Origin: Pelomyxa schiedti
Taxonomy: Eukaryota > Protista > Evosea
Assembly: GCA_020536535.1 (NCBI GenBank)
Contig: JAHLWZ010000848.1
Location: 11,994-75,993 of the forward strand
DNA: 64,000 nucleotides
Reading direction: 5' to 3'
A program made the position numbers and the translations under genes. The notes beneath the pieces were generated by a model. That model was not told where the DNA came from. It saw only the letters and a program-made list of their open reading frames with translations, and ran no database searches. This document shows, piece after piece, positions 60,730 through 64,000 of the stretch; position 1 is the first letter of the stretch; every line of letters begins with the position of its first letter.

Positions 60730-62230
60730 GTACTAAATTCTTTACTGTGACACCATCTCCGAGCTTGTAGCACGTAGCAAGGTACTACGTTGCAAGGGCA
60801 TTACCAGCATCAGCTGCCCTCTGTAGTAGCGCCACGCCCTTGGCCTTGTTCTCGACCCTTGTGGTAACACTCGCCAAGTGCACGGATTGCCTTGGTATGA
60901 CCGCAGTCGGCTGCCTTCTGGAACAGTGCGACTGCCTTGCTCATATCCTTGTCAACACCTTCGCCGTGCTTATAACACCACCCAAGGTTGCGCATTGCAT
61001 TGACATTACCGGGCATCAGCTGCCCTCTGGAACAGAACAACTGCCTTCCTATTGTCCTTGTCAGCCCCAACTCCCAGTAGTAACAGAGGCCCAAACTTGA
61101 CATAGAGGATGAACCCCAGTGAATTTGTCCTGACGTGGAAGGAGTGGGGGGGTTGTCACACCGTTCAGGTATCTTTGAAAGTCCAACCCAGATGGATTCT
61201 GCACTTTCATCTGAGCAGAAAGTCTTCCATAGGGCAGCAAATATAGACAGGTAGATGGTGATTGAACAACCTTGTGTGTTGGTCCCACTGTCAGTAATGT
61301 CTTCCCTCCATTTATTTTGCTCCATACGGCTGAGACAGGTCGTCATCTCACACTCAAATAGGGAGCTTGGTGATGCAACAAGGCAGAGTCAATATTCCCT
61401 ACATCAAACTGGAACAGTGCACGCATCATCATCTAATTGCGTGTAAATAATGCCGCTCAAAAAACGGGTGGCGGAGACTGGGTCTTGCTGATTTGCAGCT
61501 GTTGGGATCTTCTGCAAGAGCAAACCTGTGACGTTATCGACTTCATGGGAAATGTGCTTTGTCCACAGTGCTGTCAAAACCAATTCAGGGACTGTTGTTC
61601 TGTGTTGCTTATTGATGACTGCTCTCATAAACTCAATATCCGTGGGAGTGAATGAGGCCTGGGAGGAATGTGGTTGCTTGCTGATAAATTGAGTTATCCA
61701 CGTAAACAGAGTAGAAGTTGAGATATTAAAAGAGCAGCAATGACGGAAAACAAAGGTTCGAATTCCAGTGCTTTGTGGAGAGTATATATACAGAGTCTTC
61801 TATGGCACAACCACAGAGGATCTGGCATGTTGCCTTGTTTGTCAAGGTTCCTGTGTTGGTTGGGCTTGAAAAGGTGTACAAGACCGGCACATATATTCAT
61901 TGCATACTTGTGAACAATTGGCCAGGGCGTGGTGGCTGTCTGGGGAGCAGCAGTGGCAGTGAGGTGTCTCAAAAACTGTTCCAATGTCTCTGTGTGATAA
62001 CCCACATGCATGCAGCCTCTTCCGCAGTTTATCAACTGCCAACTCCTTGGCAACAGGTGGAAGGTGATCGTAATACTCTTGCGGGATGCGATCAGTGAAA
62101 TGACAGAAATACTGATTGATGTTTGGGTGTGGGTCCAATGTTGAAGATATAAGGTATTCATTCTTGAAGAAGGGAAAGTAAAAGTTCGAAACAAGACGAA
62201 AACAAAAAAGTCAGACACCTCAAAGCGCAT
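60730..62230 (-). pseudogene. Degenerate protein kinase-like + Sel1-repeat gene
   Basis: HPNINQYFCHF…; ETLEQFL…ICAGLVHLF without an intact HRD/DFG; Sel1 NLGWCYKHGEGVDKDMSKAVALFQKAADCG; several frameshifts and an in-frame TAG near 60785. Boundaries approximate. Confidence 0.75.
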
Positions 62231-63881
62231 CTGTAATTGTGGAACTTTCTTTGTGGTTTGTTGTTGGAACGTTCCAAAACCAAGAGGATATATAACCTCG
62301 AGTGTTTATGTGTAAAAACTTGGAGCTTTACCTCAGTTCCTTCCTTTGCTCCTTCAATCTCCCCAGCAGTTTCTAAGTAACAACATTATTATGGATGGTG
62401 TAAAAAAGAGGTAACACACATGCATGTGTGCCTGCAGTGGAAATCAAAACTTTGTTGTCGAATCCTATTGACTTGCTGGGGTTTAAATTGGCCTCATAGC
62501 AGAGGCTGCTCGTGAATATAAAGGAAATCATTCCCGCGAGTGACTGTGATGTGGGGTCTCCGTCATAATTTAGAACGAGAGGAAAACGCACCCCCCCCAC
62601 CCCCCCCCCATTTTCCTCACTTGTGAGTGGCTGTGTTCCTTTGTTCAGAGATATCCTCATAGTGTGTTCAAATTTCTTCTTGAAACTGCGAGATGCATCT
62701 GGGAAAACTTGTGTGGAACCACAGGCATCAAAGGGAGGAATACTTGGAGATTCCCACCTTGTTCTCCATTGGAGAAGTGTGACGGGACCTAATTCCCAAG
62801 AGTCGAACTGCTTGAGTTTTGCCATTTTTCTCTGGTTACACTGTGTGAGCTGCACTTGGGAAGGTGAAATAAAGGTATGTCTGCCACACACAGCACATCA
62901 CGAATTGCTTGGATTTGCGCAATTGGAAAACAAGCGGCGTGTGTGTGTGGAGTGTGTGCTCTTGTGGTGACTGTTGAAGTCAGTCATTTCGCGTGCTGTG
63001 CGCATAACACATACACATGTTGTCTACGCCACAACAGCGACACGAGACATCCAGATCCAGATCGTGCAGCTGTGACCACGCTGCATGCAGGGTGTCACGC
63101 CGCTCGGCCCGCCGCACGACTCGACTGCTGCTGCTGCTGACTTGTGTTGTGCAGGTTGTTTTTTCGAAATTGTGGCCAAAACACGCACACACACAAGGAT
63201 GCTGGGCTTTGTTGTCACACCCCCTGACAAGTCAAAAAAGAAAAAAAGAAAAATCATGTGGAAGAAGAAAAATTTATTATTCGATTGTATTGTCCAGAGC
63301 CGGTTACCCTGCAATGCAGTGAGACGAAGGAAACGAGAAGAAAAAACCAAACAAAAAAGGGGGTAGCATTCCCAGTGCAGGGTAACACTCCCCACGAAAC
63401 GAGAAAACGAGAAGAAAGAAAAAAACACAAAACAAAAAAAAAAGAGATGGGAAGAACAATGCCTTGCTTGTTGTTGTTGGCTGCTTGCTTGCTTGCTTGG
63501 TTGGCTGCCCTCTTATGACGCACACTGCATTCCACACTCACTCTCCCCCTCTTTTCTTCTCAACTCGTGTATTGAGTTTTGTTTTTTTATGAACTTTTTG
63601 TGATCAACGGTCCTTATAAATCAAATTTCGACGTGTCGACAACGAATTTTCTCAGTTGCTTCAGTTGCCTTGAAATGAAAAGACTGTGTCTTTTCTATTC
63701 CTCGATCTATTCCATAAATGGAAGCGGAAAGTGACTCCAGTGCTGGAGGTGGACACAGCATATTTCCTTGTTCCTGCTTGGAGTACCGAGAAAGAGCAAG
63801 GTGGGTGGTAGAGAAAGCAGTGGTCTTGGACAGACGGCTGCACGTGACTGCCACTTACCCGAAATCAGAGTAATCGATAAA

Positions 63882-64000
63882 ATGACGGAGGGGGAAGCCG
63901 TGGACAAGGTGGGCACAGCAGCCGAAGCCGACAGCAGCTCTACGGCACAGGGCGACGCCGAAAAAGCAATGGCAACTTCAGCGCCGTCGGACGCGGCGCT
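63882..64000 (+). CDS. 5' end of a gene running off the window
   Basis: MTEGEAVDKVGTAAEADSSS… is open to the window end and GC-rich like other first exons here. Confidence 0.5.
   Translation, partial: MTEGEAVDKVGTAAEADSSSTAQGDAEKAMATSAPSDAA

Noticed and set aside
62373-63600. ORFs of 70-170 aa upstream of the Sel1 pseudogene
   Set aside because: No recognisable domain or consistent splice model; much of the region is simple A/T-run sequence.

Overview
Gene-dense eukaryotic DNA with many short (mostly 40-70 nt) GT-AG spliceosomal introns, so the ORF track shows only exon fragments. The gene models below were spliced by hand and some boundaries are approximate. An alpha-kinase/WD40 myosin heavy chain kinase, a severin-like protein, anaerobe-type Fe-S and nitroreductase genes, a single-domain NAD synthetase and an NME5-like ciliary gene suggest an anaerobic, flagellated amoebozoan (Archamoebae, Pelomyxa-like); this is inference. 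About 28 genes are present. Recognisable ones include VPS41, MON2, ERCC1, PNKP, MCTS1, a G-alpha, an EF-hand TKL kinase and an HMG-box protein. There is also a kinase-Sel1 pseudogene and a 157-bp direct repeat. The strongest lead is a 68-aa Dpy-30/MYCBP-like microprotein, absent from the ORF track, that lies head-to-head (101 bp) with an NDK-Dpy30-adenylate kinase fusion. Other leads: a LIM-severin fusion, four prokaryote-type genes that carry introns, an ERCC1-nitroreductase-PNKP cluster and a 314-aa insertion inside the Vps41 clathrin repeat. No rRNA, tRNA or CRISPR array was found.
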